Shown: positions 29,727-39,082 of the stretch, one piece after another
Position numbering within the stretch: position 1 is the stretch's first letter
How the letters are laid out: every line of letters starts with the position of its first letter
Assembly (NCBI GenBank): GCA_035650735.1
Contig: DASRGZ010000011.1
Location: 1-50,509 of the forward strand
DNA length: 50,509 nt
Direction of reading: 5' to 3'
Origin: Chthonomonadaceae bacterium
GTDB lineage: Bacteria; Armatimonadota; Chthonomonadetes; Chthonomonadales; Chthonomonadaceae
Made by a program: the position numbers and the translations under genes
Notes under the pieces: generated by a model
Told to the model about the DNA's origin: nothing
What the model saw: the letters and a program-made list of their open reading frames with translations, nothing else
Databases searched by the model: none

Positions 29727-32297
29727 TTACAGTAGATGTATGCGGGAGCCCTGCGCATCTTTAGTGATCTCGATCCGCTGAGAGAACGCATCTTTGAGTT
29801 CCTCTACGTGCGTAATGACCAGAATTTTCTCAAAATCGTCCTTAATGGCGTCAATAACCTCGACCAGCTTCTCGCGTCCCTTGCCGTCCTGCGTGCCAAA
29901 GCCCTCGTCCAGAATCAGCGTTTGCAGCCGCGCGCCCGACCGGTGCGCGAGCAGGCGCGACAGGGCGATGCGGATGGCAAAGTTGACGCGGAAGGCCTCG
30001 CCGCCGCTGAAGAGCTCATAGGGGCGCGTGCCGATGTCATCGGTGATCTTGATGTCCAGGGTCTCTATCTCAGCGCCGGTAGATTTGGCCGAGCGCGTGG
30101 TCTCAAAGCTGACCTGCATGGCGTTGTCGGTCATGCGGGCCAGCAGCGCGTTGGCCTCGTCCTCCAGCTCCGGGATAGCGTTTTCGATGATGAGCGCCTG
30201 CACGCCCTTCTTGCCGAAGGCCCCGGCGAGCGCCTGGTAGATACGGCGTTCCTCATCCGCCTTCTTATGCGCTTCCGCCCGCGATTTTCTCTCCAGCGCC
30301 GCCCGGTCGCACTGGTCAATAAGGTCTTCATAACGCCTGGCGTTGACCCGCAGCGCCGTCAATTCCCCCTGGAGGCGAGCCAGTTCGGCCTCAGCGACCG
30401 CCGCGCGCCCCTTGACGTTCTCGTACTGCCCCAGCTTCCCGCGCAGCCCCTCCAGCTTCTCGCGCTCGGCGGCCAGTTCCGCCTCTTTTGCCGCGATGAC
30501 CTCATCCAGCCGCGCTTTGATGGCGGCCTCCTGCTCCCAGCTCTGCTCGGCGTGGGAAAGCTGCTGGTAGCGCGTATGGCTGGATTCCAGGCGGCGAATG
30601 GTTTCGCGCACCGTCTCATACTCCGCCTTCGCCATCCCCAGGCGCTGGATTTCGGACTCCAGCCGCTCCTTTTTGGCGCGTTTCGGCCCGGCGAAGTCGC
30701 CGCGCTCCAGCCTGGCGCGCAGGGTCTGCACCAGCTTGCGCGTCTCCGTCACATCCGTGCCCTCGGCGATCAGCGTCTCGCGCCGGGCGAGAAGCTGCTC
30801 ATACCGAGTGCGCTGCGTCATCAGCTCGTCGCGGCGTTTGCCAAGCTCCCGCACCCTGGCCTCCGCCTGCCCCTGCGCCTCCTTCGCTGCCTTGCCTTCC
30901 TTTTTCAAATCCTCAAGCTGTTTGCAAAGTTCTGCCCGCTTCTGCTGCTGCCGCAGGACGACCGCTTCATGCTTCTTGCCGCTCAAGTCGCTCTCACAGA
31001 TCGGGCACTGCGCGTGCGGGCGCGCCAGCAGTTCCAGCACCTCGTCAATCTCGGCAACATCGGCCTTGAGCCTGTCGTTGCCGGCCTTGAGGCTGGCGAA
31101 CGCCTCCTGCGCGGCCTGTAGCGCGGCCTGCGCGGCCTCCCATTCCTCTGCTACCGCCGCTTCCGATTGCAGCGCCTCGGCCAGCGCGGCGATCTGGGCC
31201 TCCAGGCGCGCGCGCTCCTGGCTGCGGGCCTCAATGGCTTTGAGTTCCTGCTCGTGGAACCGCAGGTCGTTCTTAAGCTGGGTCTCTTCGACGTCAATGG
31301 CGCCGATGACCGTCTTCAGTTCGGCGTTGGCGCGGTTGAACGCCTCGATCTCCGGCTCCAACTTATCCCGCCTGCGGCTGGCCTCCTGCAGGCGCGCATA
31401 GTCGCCCAGAATGGCCTCTCGCTGCTCCAGGATCTGCCGGAGGCTTTCCAGCTTGGCTGCCTGCTGACGGCGCTCCGCCTTCCGATTGTCGATATCGGCC
31501 TCCAGGCGCAGGAAGCGCGCCTCCTCGTTGGCGAACAGGTTGGCCAGCGCGTCCAGCTTGCTCCGCTCGTTGCGAAGGGCCGCCGCGATCTGCTCCTGCT
31601 CAGCCAGGCGCTCCTCCATCCGGGCCTGCGCCGCGCGGGTCTCCTCCAATCGGGCCTGGTGATTGGGCCGCTCGGCGATCTGGGCGTCCAGCAGGCGGAT
31701 CTCGCGCTCCAATTCCTCGGCCTGCTGTGCCCGCTCCCGGAGAAGCTCCCGCGCCTTCGCCTCCAGCCGGTCATAACGATCCAGCCCCAGGATTTCGGCC
31801 AGGATTCGCTTGCGGTTGTCGGGGGTCTGGCGGGTAAACTCGTCGGCGCGGCCCTGCTGGAGATAGGCCGAGTTCAGGAACGTGTCGTACTCCATGTGCA
31901 GCAGTTGCGCAATCTGCTTGCCCGTCTCCCGCATAGTGCCGCCGCCTACCGGCACGTAGTTGCCATTGGCGTCCAGTTGGGTTAGCTCCCACTGCCCCCC
32001 GCTCTTGCCCCGCTTGCGCTTGCGCACGACGCGATACCGCTGGTCGTTTAGCTCGAACTCAAAGCGCACCTCGACTTCGTTCGCCCCCATCCTAATGAGG
32101 TCATCCTCGGAGATGCTCTTGACCGAGGAGGCGCGGGTCTTGCCCCAGAGCGCCCAGGTCATGGCGTCCAGCAGCGCGGACTTGCCGTTGCCGTTATCGC
32201 CGGAGAGGCAGGCGACGTGCAGGCCCTCCAGCGGCAGCGTCGCCCCCTCCTCTCCGTAGCTCATGAAATTCTTGAGAGTCAGCTTAATGGGTATCAT
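29727..32297 (-). CDS. sbcC: SbcC/Rad50 SMC-family ATPase
   Basis: LKNFMSY, GDNGNGKS, LQQG Q-loop, coiled coil with CPIC zinc hook, FSGGE, LILDEGFGTQD. Confidence 0.93.
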   Translation of the reverse strand: MIPIKLTLKNFMSYGEEGATLPLEGLHVACLSGDNGNGKSALLDAMTWALWGKTRASSVKSISEDDLIRMGANEVEVRFEFELNDQRYRVVRKRKRGKSGGQWELTQLDANGNYVPVGGGTMRETGKQIAQLLHMEYDTFLNSAYLQQGRADEFTRQTPDNRKRILAEILGLDRYDRLEAKARELLRERAQQAEELEREIRLLDAQIAERPNHQARLEETRAAQARMEERLAEQEQIAAALRNERSKLDALANLFANEEARFLRLEADIDNRKAERRQQAAKLESLRQILEQREAILGDYARLQEASRRRDKLEPEIEAFNRANAELKTVIGAIDVEETQLKNDLRFHEQELKAIEARSQERARLEAQIAALAEALQSEAAVAEEWEAAQAALQAAQEAFASLKAGNDRLKADVAEIDEVLELLARPHAQCPICESDLSGKKHEAVVLRQQQKRAELCKQLEDLKKEGKAAKEAQGQAEARVRELGKRRDELMTQRTRYEQLLARRETLIAEGTDVTETRKLVQTLRARLERGDFAGPKRAKKERLESEIQRLGMAKAEYETVRETIRRLESSHTRYQQLSHAEQSWEQEAAIKARLDEVIAAKEAELAAEREKLEGLRGKLGQYENVKGRAAVAEAELARLQGELTALRVNARRYEDLIDQCDRAALERKSRAEAHKKADEERRIYQALAGAFGKKGVQALIIENAIPELEDEANALLARMTDNAMQVSFETTRSAKSTGAEIETLDIKITDDIGTRPYELFSGGEAFRVNFAIRIALSRLLAHRSGARLQTLILDEGFGTQDGKGREKLVEVIDAIKDDFEKILVITHVEELKDAFSQRIEITKDAQGSRIHLL

Positions 32298-32308
32298 AAC
32301 TTCCGGAA

Positions 32309-32474
32309 AGAATCCACCGATTACACAGATTAAGGAAAAACCTAAACACGGATTAAACGGATGACACGGATGCAACGGATAAGGGTCTGGAATCCGTGGT
32401 ATCCGTTTAATCCGTCCCATCCGTGTTTCTCTTTGTTTTTTAATCGGTGTTAATCTGTGTAATCTGTGGATTCT
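32309..32474. repeat. Family B nested long palindrome between sbcD and sbcC
   Basis: AGAATCCACCGATTACACAGATT..ACGGAT x4 / ATCCGT x4..AATCTGTGGATTCT; same architecture as 17973-18142. Confidence 0.85.
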
Positions 32475-32476
32475 AA

Positions 32477-33730
32477 TTAACGATGGGCCTCTTCTTCGAG
32501 AAGCTGCTGGATGAGCGGCTCGGCGTAGGCGAGCAGTTGCTCTTTGCGGGCTTTCAGATTCTCCCGCGTGTCTATGTAGAGTTCCAGGGCCTCGCGCGGG
32601 CTTTTGGACTCGGTCAGCAGCCGGCTGCGCGCGGCGGCGTCCCGCTGCACCTTGCGGTTGATGGCGACGATCATGAAGGCCGGGGCCAGCGCCTCCCGAA
32701 TTTCGCGCTCGCGCACGAGTCCCTGCCGTCCATGCCCGATTTGGTAGGTCAGCTTGACGATGGCGTTGCGCAGGGAATGCCGCTGTATCTCAGAAATAAT
32801 CTTTTCTGTCGGCTCCTCGCAATCGGCGTCAATATCAATATCCAGCAAGGGGCGCGATTGCGGAATGGAAACGAATTTATAGTCGGCGCCGCCCTTAAAG
32901 AGATCTACCAGGACAAAGCCTTTTGGCTCGTCCTTCTCGCCAAAATCAATGCGGTCGGGGCTGCCGGCATAGACCACATGCGGCTGGCCGTTCTTGTTCA
33001 AGTCCTGATGCTTATGGATATGGCCCAGCGCCACGTAATCGAAAGCGGGGTCGGTGAGCGCCGAAAGGGGCACCTGCGGCTCGGCAAGGTTAAAATAGCC
33101 CTGCTGCCAGGAGGAGAGGCGCGCGCCATTGGCCCAGAAGTGGCCCAGCAGGATGGTGGGAATAGCGTCGTCGGCCTCACGCACCTGATCGGCCAGGTCG
33201 CGCAGGTAGTCCACGTACTTAGCCTCCAGCATCAGGCGCGTCTCGTCAATGGTCTTGCCCTGGAACTCTTCGCGCGCGACGGAGAAGCCTTTGAGAAGAT
33301 AGGGCATGGCGGCGATGCGCACCGGCCCCGCGCCTGTCTGAATGAGGCCAATCTCAGGTCGGCTGAAGACGTGGACATTGGTGACGCCGAGCGTGCGGTA
33401 GATCTCGACAGCGTTGGCGCGGCCCTTGATGCTGGGCATGTCGTGGTTGCCGACCAGCAAGGCGACGGGAATGCCCCGGTCGGTCAGGCGGCGGATGCAG
33501 TCGGCGAACTCGCGCTGGTCGGTCTGGCGGGGGTCGCGGGTCTTGTAGGCATCGCCCGCAAAAACGGCCAGGTCAATGCCGGCCTCCAGCGCCATCTCTA
33601 CTGCCTGGAGCAGCGACTGCTTGAAGTCTTTAAGCCGGGTGTTCAGGCCCGTTTCTGGATCGAGCCGACCGTAGAGTTCGACACCGAAATGCGTATCGGC
33701 GAAGTGCATCACGCGCACAGTCCGGGCCAT
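32477..33730 (-). CDS. sbcD: SbcD/Mre11 nuclease subunit
   Basis: HFADTHFG, FAGD, GNHD, ALGHIH, YAGSP..DFGE. Confidence 0.93.
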   Translation of the reverse strand: MARTVRVMHFADTHFGVELYGRLDPETGLNTRLKDFKQSLLQAVEMALEAGIDLAVFAGDAYKTRDPRQTDQREFADCIRRLTDRGIPVALLVGNHDMPSIKGRANAVEIYRTLGVTNVHVFSRPEIGLIQTGAGPVRIAAMPYLLKGFSVAREEFQGKTIDETRLMLEAKYVDYLRDLADQVREADDAIPTILLGHFWANGARLSSWQQGYFNLAEPQVPLSALTDPAFDYVALGHIHKHQDLNKNGQPHVVYAGSPDRIDFGEKDEPKGFVLVDLFKGGADYKFVSIPQSRPLLDIDIDADCEEPTEKIISEIQRHSLRNAIVKLTYQIGHGRQGLVREREIREALAPAFMIVAINRKVQRDAAARSRLLTESKSPREALELYIDTRENLKARKEQLLAYAEPLIQQLLEEEAHR

Positions 33731-33880
33731 AGCTTCCCTTTCTCATGAACGGAATTCTACCAGCATATTATATCAGTTTAGCCTGCCGAAAGCAAGCGAC
33801 GAGACGGTTCTTGCAGCGAGGGCCGCTCCCTCCCAAAACCCTTGTTTGTGAAAAATTTCGCAAGTTGCGATGAGGCTGGA

Positions 33881-33909
33881 TTGACTTGCCCTGTGCAGAC
33901 GGGTATACT
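33881..33909 (+). promoter_or_regulatory. Sigma70-type promoter of the menaquinone cluster
   Basis: TTGACT-17nt-TATACT. Confidence 0.75.
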
Positions 33910-33974
33910 TCTCGTAGCACAGGTGGCTGGCATTCTCTCTTGCCGATTGCAGCGCAAGGACGGGACGGGCAAAC

Positions 33975-35432
33975 ATGGCCTATAACGACTTTCAGGACTT
34001 CCTGGCGCGGCTGGAACGCGAAGGCGAACTCAAGCGCATCTCCCTCCCTGTAGACCCCTATCTCGAAATCACCGAAGTCGCCGACCGCGTGATGAAAAGT
34101 CCGGGAGGCGGCCCCGCGCTGCTGTTTGAGCATCCCAAAGGCAAAGACATTCCGCTGGCGATCAACGTGTTCGGCTCGCGCAGGCGCATGAGCCTGGCGC
34201 TCGGCGCGTCGGACATCGAGGACATCGCCTGCGAGATCGAGGCCATGCTCAAGCCGGAAGTCCCGGCGGGTCTGGTAGACGCCGCGCGCACCCTGCTGCC
34301 CAAGCTCGGCATCCTTGCCAAGATGCCGCCGCGCCATGATAAGGGCGACGGGCGCTGCCAGGAGGTCGTCCTGACCGGCGACGACGTAGACCTCGACAAG
34401 TTTCCCATCCTGCACTGCTGGCCGCAGGACGGGGGGCGCTACATCACTCTGCCCCTGGTCTTTACCCACGACCCCAACACCGGTAAGCGCAACGTCGGCA
34501 TGTACCGCGTGCAGGTCTTCGACAGGCGCACGACGGCCATGCACTGGCAGATGCACAAGGTCGGCGCGGAGCACGCCCGCCTGAGCGCCGAGAAGCGCCA
34601 GAAGATAGACGTCTGCATCGCGCTTGGCGGCGACCCAGCCCTGACGTACGCCGCGACCGCGCCCCTGCCGCCCGGTATAGATGAGCTGCTTTTCGCCGGA
34701 TTCTTGCGCAAGAAGCCGGTGCATCTGGTCAAGGCAAAGACGGTGGATATCGAGGTGCCGGAGGACGCCGAGATCATCATCGAGGGCCAGATCGATCCGA
34801 CGGAGCAGCGCTTGGAGGGGCCGTTCGGGGACCACACCGGCTACTACTCGCTGGCCGATATGTACCCGGTATTGCACATCACCGCCATTACGCACCGCCG
34901 CAGCCCGGTCTATCCGGCCACCATCGTCGGGCGCCCACCGATGGAGGACGGCTGGCTCGGCAAAGCCACCGAGCGCCTGTTCCTGCCGTTGCTGCGCCTG
35001 ACGCTGCCTGAAATCGTAGATATGAACTTGCCAGTCGAAGGCATCTTCCATAACATCGCGCTCGTCTCCATCCGGAAGCGCTATCCCGGCCATGCCTTCA
35101 AGGTCATGCATGCGCTGTGGGGATTGGGCCAGGCGATGTTCACGAAGATGATTTTCGTCTTCGACCAGGATGTGAACGTGCAGGACGTGAAGGAATGTCT
35201 GTGGCGCCTGGGCAATAACATTGACCCGGAGCGCGATATGTGCCTGGTACGCGGCCCGATTGATGTGCTGGATCATGCCTCGCGCGCATTGGGCTTCGGC
35301 TCCAAGATCGGCTTTGACTGCACGCGCAAGCTGCCTGCCGAGGGCTTCCAGCGCGAGTGGCCCGATGTCATCGAGATGACCTCGGAGGTCAAGGCGCGCG
35401 TGGATGCGATCTGGGGCCAGTTGGGACTCTAA
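33975..35432 (+). CDS. ubiD: UbiD-family prFMN-dependent decarboxylase (MqnL-type)
   Basis: RNVGMYR, EGPFGDHTGYYS, GRPPMED. Confidence 0.92.
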   Translation: MAYNDFQDFLARLEREGELKRISLPVDPYLEITEVADRVMKSPGGGPALLFEHPKGKDIPLAINVFGSRRRMSLALGASDIEDIACEIEAMLKPEVPAGLVDAARTLLPKLGILAKMPPRHDKGDGRCQEVVLTGDDVDLDKFPILHCWPQDGGRYITLPLVFTHDPNTGKRNVGMYRVQVFDRRTTAMHWQMHKVGAEHARLSAEKRQKIDVCIALGGDPALTYAATAPLPPGIDELLFAGFLRKKPVHLVKAKTVDIEVPEDAEIIIEGQIDPTEQRLEGPFGDHTGYYSLADMYPVLHITAITHRRSPVYPATIVGRPPMEDGWLGKATERLFLPLLRLTLPEIVDMNLPVEGIFHNIALVSIRKRYPGHAFKVMHALWGLGQAMFTKMIFVFDQDVNVQDVKECLWRLGNNIDPERDMCLVRGPIDVLDHASRALGFGSKIGFDCTRKLPAEGFQREWPDVIEMTSEVKARVDAIWGQLGL

Positions 35433-35459
35433 TTCGGGGAAATGGGGACCTAAGGAAAG

Positions 35460-36041
35460 TTGGGGGATAGTCCGCCTCTATTCGTTGTAGATATGCAGTG
35501 GGGACAGCAGCCGGTGCGCCTGACGGCATGGCGGCGCGCGACGCTGCCCACCGATGCGCCGACGACCTCGGTTCATATCGTCGCCTTCCACGGCCCGCGC
35601 GTGCTGGTGGTGCGGGACCGCAAGGGCGTCTTCGGCTTTCCGGGCGGGCGTCTGGAGCCGGGCGAGACGCAGGCAGAAGCGATGGCCCGCGAGGTCTATG
35701 AGGAGGCGCAGGCCCACCTGCGGCCCGGCTATAGTCTCTACGCGGCGATTAAGATCGAATACACTGAGCGTATTCCAGGCCGCATCTATCCCTACGATTA
35801 CAGCTATATGGCGATGTACGCGGGCATTGTGCGCGCCCTGGATCCCATTCGCACCGACCCCGCAGGCTACATCACGAGCCGCGCCCTCTTTACCCGTGCC
35901 GAGTGCGAGAAGCACCTGCTGGCGCACGACCAGATCTTGCTGCGGGAAGCCCTGGCGGCGCTTATGGCGCAGCCCCATGGGTACGGGCCGTCTCTGCGCG
36001 CCTTTCTTGCCCCGGAAGATCAGACAGGCGTACGCGGCTAA
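35460..36041 (+). CDS. Nudix hydrolase
   Basis: Nudix box FPGGRLEPGETQAEAMAREVYEEA; start could be 35493. Confidence 0.85.
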   Translation: MGDSPPLFVVDMQWGQQPVRLTAWRRATLPTDAPTTSVHIVAFHGPRVLVVRDRKGVFGFPGGRLEPGETQAEAMAREVYEEAQAHLRPGYSLYAAIKIEYTERIPGRIYPYDYSYMAMYAGIVRALDPIRTDPAGYITSRALFTRAECEKHLLAHDQILLREALAALMAQPHGYGPSLRAFLAPEDQTGVRG

Positions 36042-36143
36042 GCCACCGTGCGGAGTCCCGACGCAGGTTCTCCCTCCTGGGAGACGACGAACAAACGCTG
36101 CATGGCTGCTTAGCGTGCCCCATGCCAGAAAGAGTCCTGCGGT

Positions 36144-36764
36144 ATGTCCGAACCAGAACCGCCGCGCCAGCGTAGATTGGTAGTGGCGATCACGGGAGCG
36201 AGCGGCGCACCCTACGCCGTGCGCTTCCTGGAAGAGGCGGTAAAGCATTACGCCGAAATCTATGTCGCCGCCAGCGATCAGGCATTGCAGGTCATCCGCC
36301 TGGAGACCGGACGCGCCGTGGACGCGCGCCACCTATCGGCGGAGGCACTGCTTGGCTTCTCCACGCCGGGTCTCAAGTTCGTGGACAAGAAGGACTACTT
36401 CTCGCCTCCGGCCAGCGGCTCGTTCCGGCATGACGGCATGGTGATCGTGCCCTGCTCGATGGGCACCGCCGCGCGCATCGCCAACGGCATCAGCGACGAC
36501 CTGATCACCCGCGCCGCGGATGTCTGTCTAAAAGAACGGCGCAAACTGATACTTGTGCCGCGCGAAACGCCCTGGAACCTGATCCATCTGCGCAACCTGA
36601 CGCAGTTGGCCGAAGCAGGAGCCATCATTCTACCCGCCGCGCCCGGCTTCTACCATAAGCCGCAAAGCGTGGGGGATCTGATCGATCACATCGTCGGGCG
36701 AATCTTACAACAGCTTGGCATAGACCAGAAACTTGTCCCACAGTGGCAATATGCGGAGGAGTAA
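36144..36764 (+). CDS. ubiX: Flavin prenyltransferase
   Basis: VAITGASGA, PASGS, PCSMGT, RAADVCLKERRKLILVPRETP, PGFY. Confidence 0.95.
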   Translation: MSEPEPPRQRRLVVAITGASGAPYAVRFLEEAVKHYAEIYVAASDQALQVIRLETGRAVDARHLSAEALLGFSTPGLKFVDKKDYFSPPASGSFRHDGMVIVPCSMGTAARIANGISDDLITRAADVCLKERRKLILVPRETPWNLIHLRNLTQLAEAGAIILPAAPGFYHKPQSVGDLIDHIVGRILQQLGIDQKLVPQWQYAEE

Positions 36765-36872
36765 AGCCCGGCGCCATCGCCTTTTCCTCTCCTCACAGGC
36801 AGGCTTGCTTAACTTAATGAGAAGGGACAAGCGCTGTCTGCGATGGCCCTGGAATAGAGCCGGAGGAAGCGT

Positions 36873-37751
36873 ATGCGTGCGTTTCTGACGAAGACCCGGA
36901 TGATCCTCGATATGATCAAGTTCGAGCATACCATCTTCGCGATGCCCTTTGCTCTGATCAGCGTGCTCCTGGCCTCGCGAAGCCAGCCGCATGGGCTTCC
37001 TCCAGGCCGCACGCTCAGTTGGATCGTACTGGCGATGGTCGGGGCGCGTAGCGCCGCCATGTCGTTCAATCGCCTGGCCGATGCGGAAATAGATCGGCAG
37101 AACCCACGCACCGCCAACCGCCATCTTCCGGCGGGCCTTCTTACTTCCGCGCAGGTCTGGCTGTTCTTCGCCGCCGCTGTTGTCCTCTTCGAGATGGCCG
37201 CCTGGGAACTCAATCGACTCTGCTTCCTGCTCTCCCCGCTGGCGCTGGCCTGCGTCCTGGGCTACTCCTACACCAAGCGATTTACCTCTCTCTGCCATCT
37301 GTGTTTGGGCTTTGCCATCGGCATCGCGCCCATCGGGGCCTGGCTGGCCGTTACCGGCAAGTTCAGCCTGATTCCCGTTTTGCTGGGAGCGATAGTGATG
37401 CTCTGGATCGGGGGCTTTGACATCATCTACGCGCTGCAAGATTACGATTTCGATCTGCGCTCCTCCGTCTACTCTCTGCCGAAAGCTCTGGGCAAAGCCC
37501 GCGCCCTGCGGATCTCGCGCCTGATGCACGCGCTGATGATCGGCCTGCTTCTGGCGGTCGGCCTCTTCGATGGCCTGCACGCGATCTATTTCCTCGGCGT
37601 TTGCGTGGTGGCCGCGCTCATCGCCTACGAGCAGTGCCTGGTCAAGCCGGATGACCTGCGCCGTGTGAATGTCGCCTTCTTTACGCTCAACGGCTGGGTT
37701 AGCCTCAGCCTATTCGCGTTCGTGCTGCTGGACAGCCTGCTGCACCGCTAG
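36873..37751 (+). CDS. UbiA-family polyprenyltransferase (MqnP-type)
   Basis: IKFEHTIFAMPFA, FNRLADAEIDRQNPRT, YSYTKRF, FDIIYALQD. Confidence 0.92.
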   Translation: MRAFLTKTRMILDMIKFEHTIFAMPFALISVLLASRSQPHGLPPGRTLSWIVLAMVGARSAAMSFNRLADAEIDRQNPRTANRHLPAGLLTSAQVWLFFAAAVVLFEMAAWELNRLCFLLSPLALACVLGYSYTKRFTSLCHLCLGFAIGIAPIGAWLAVTGKFSLIPVLLGAIVMLWIGGFDIIYALQDYDFDLRSSVYSLPKALGKARALRISRLMHALMIGLLLAVGLFDGLHAIYFLGVCVVAALIAYEQCLVKPDDLRRVNVAFFTLNGWVSLSLFAFVLLDSLLHR

Positions 37752-37866
37752 CAGCTTCCCGGTCGCTGTCGGGACATCGGCGCGAGGAGCCCCACCGCAA
37801 CAGCGGTCGGAAAGTGATTGAGTATATAATTTTGGTCCAAAATCTTAAACACTGTGAGTAAGGAGC

Positions 37867-38658
37867 ATGACCCTACGGATTGGAAGCGTGCCCTATCTGA
37901 ACGCCAAGCCCCTGGTGGACTGGTTTCATAGCCCGGAGTGCGACGCCGATGTCGAGCTAACCTACGCCGTGCCCTCGCGCTTGGCGCAGATGCTGCGTGA
38001 GGATAAGCTGGACGTCGCGAACGTCTCCATCTTCGAGGGGCTGCAAAATCCCAACCTCGTCCTCGTGGATAATATCTCCATCTCGGCCTTCGGCCCGGTC
38101 AAGAGCGTGCGGCTGTTTTCCAGGGTGCCGGTGGAACAGATCCGGTCGGTGGCGCTGGATACCAGTTCGCTGACCTCGACGGCGCTGACCAAGATTTGGC
38201 TCAAGGAGGCGTTCGGCCTGACTCCCTGCTATCAGCATCAGGCCCCGAACCTGCAAGCGATGCTGGCGGCGTGCGATGCCGGGCTGATTATCGGAGATTT
38301 GAAGCTGTTCGACCTGATGCCCGGCACGGCGGTCTACGACCTCGGTCAGGGCTGGTATGACCTGACCGGCCTGCCCTTCGTCTACGCCGGCTGGCTGGCG
38401 CGCGCAGATCGCGCCTCCGCGCAGATGGCGCAGATATTGACCAGGGCCAAGGCGTGGGGCACGGCGCGGCTGGAGGAACTGGCGGCAACCTGGTCGGCTC
38501 GAATGGATCTCCCTCCCGACCGCTGCCGCGACTATCTCCTCAAGGTGATGAACTACGACCTGGCGCCCGACCAGGTGGCAGGACTGCGCTGCTACCAGCA
38601 AAAGTGCTATGAGCACGGGCTTATCGAAGCTATCCATCCGCTGCGGCTCCTCTCGTGA
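37867..38658 (+). CDS. mqnA: Chorismate dehydratase (futalosine pathway)
   Basis: IGSVPYLNAKPL, GPVKSV, SSLTS, LIIGD, DLG..W..LTGLPFVYA. Confidence 0.9.
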   Translation: MTLRIGSVPYLNAKPLVDWFHSPECDADVELTYAVPSRLAQMLREDKLDVANVSIFEGLQNPNLVLVDNISISAFGPVKSVRLFSRVPVEQIRSVALDTSSLTSTALTKIWLKEAFGLTPCYQHQAPNLQAMLAACDAGLIIGDLKLFDLMPGTAVYDLGQGWYDLTGLPFVYAGWLARADRASAQMAQILTRAKAWGTARLEELAATWSARMDLPPDRCRDYLLKVMNYDLAPDQVAGLRCYQQKCYEHGLIEAIHPLRLLS

Positions 38659-38714
38659 GCCGCTTCCCCAGTCCCCGCCAACCTTTCCCCATAGCCTCAC
38701 GACTCTCTTTCTTT

Positions 38715-38950
38715 TGACCTAACCCCCCATCCCCCTTCCCTACCCGCTCGTACCTCGCTAGGGAAGGGGGGACCCGGCTTCTGCTCTCCCCTCTCCCGCA
38801 GCGTGGGAGAGGGGGGCAGGGGGTGAGGGCGGCAACCATCTCCGGTCGGGTCCCTCCCTTCCCTCTTAGGGTCGCTAGGCGGAGGGGCGAACCATTGCAG
38901 CCCCGACCCTAGCAGTGGGGGACGGGGGTTAGGTCAAGAAGGGACGGGGA
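38715..38950. repeat. REP-like composite (family A) with one 45-nt cassette
   Basis: TGACCTAACCCCC ... GGGGGTTAGGTCA inverted ends; intact CCCTCTCCCGCAGCGTGGGAGAGGG; cassette at 38872-38916. Confidence 0.85.
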
Positions 38951-39082
38951 TGAGGATAGATAAGAGAGAACGGAATACCATACTTTCGCTTCTCTTCAAG
39001 CAGGATTCTGGGGCGTGAATGGCGAATAATCGCAGGCTGCGTGATGTTGCGGCGTTGTTGTAAGAAAGGAATGGCAGGACCG

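Noticed and set aside
32298..32420. N-terminal extension of the SbcC ORF (likewise 18071-18169 of the LptD-like ORF)
   Set aside because: These are translations of family B repeats; recognisable protein sequence begins downstream.
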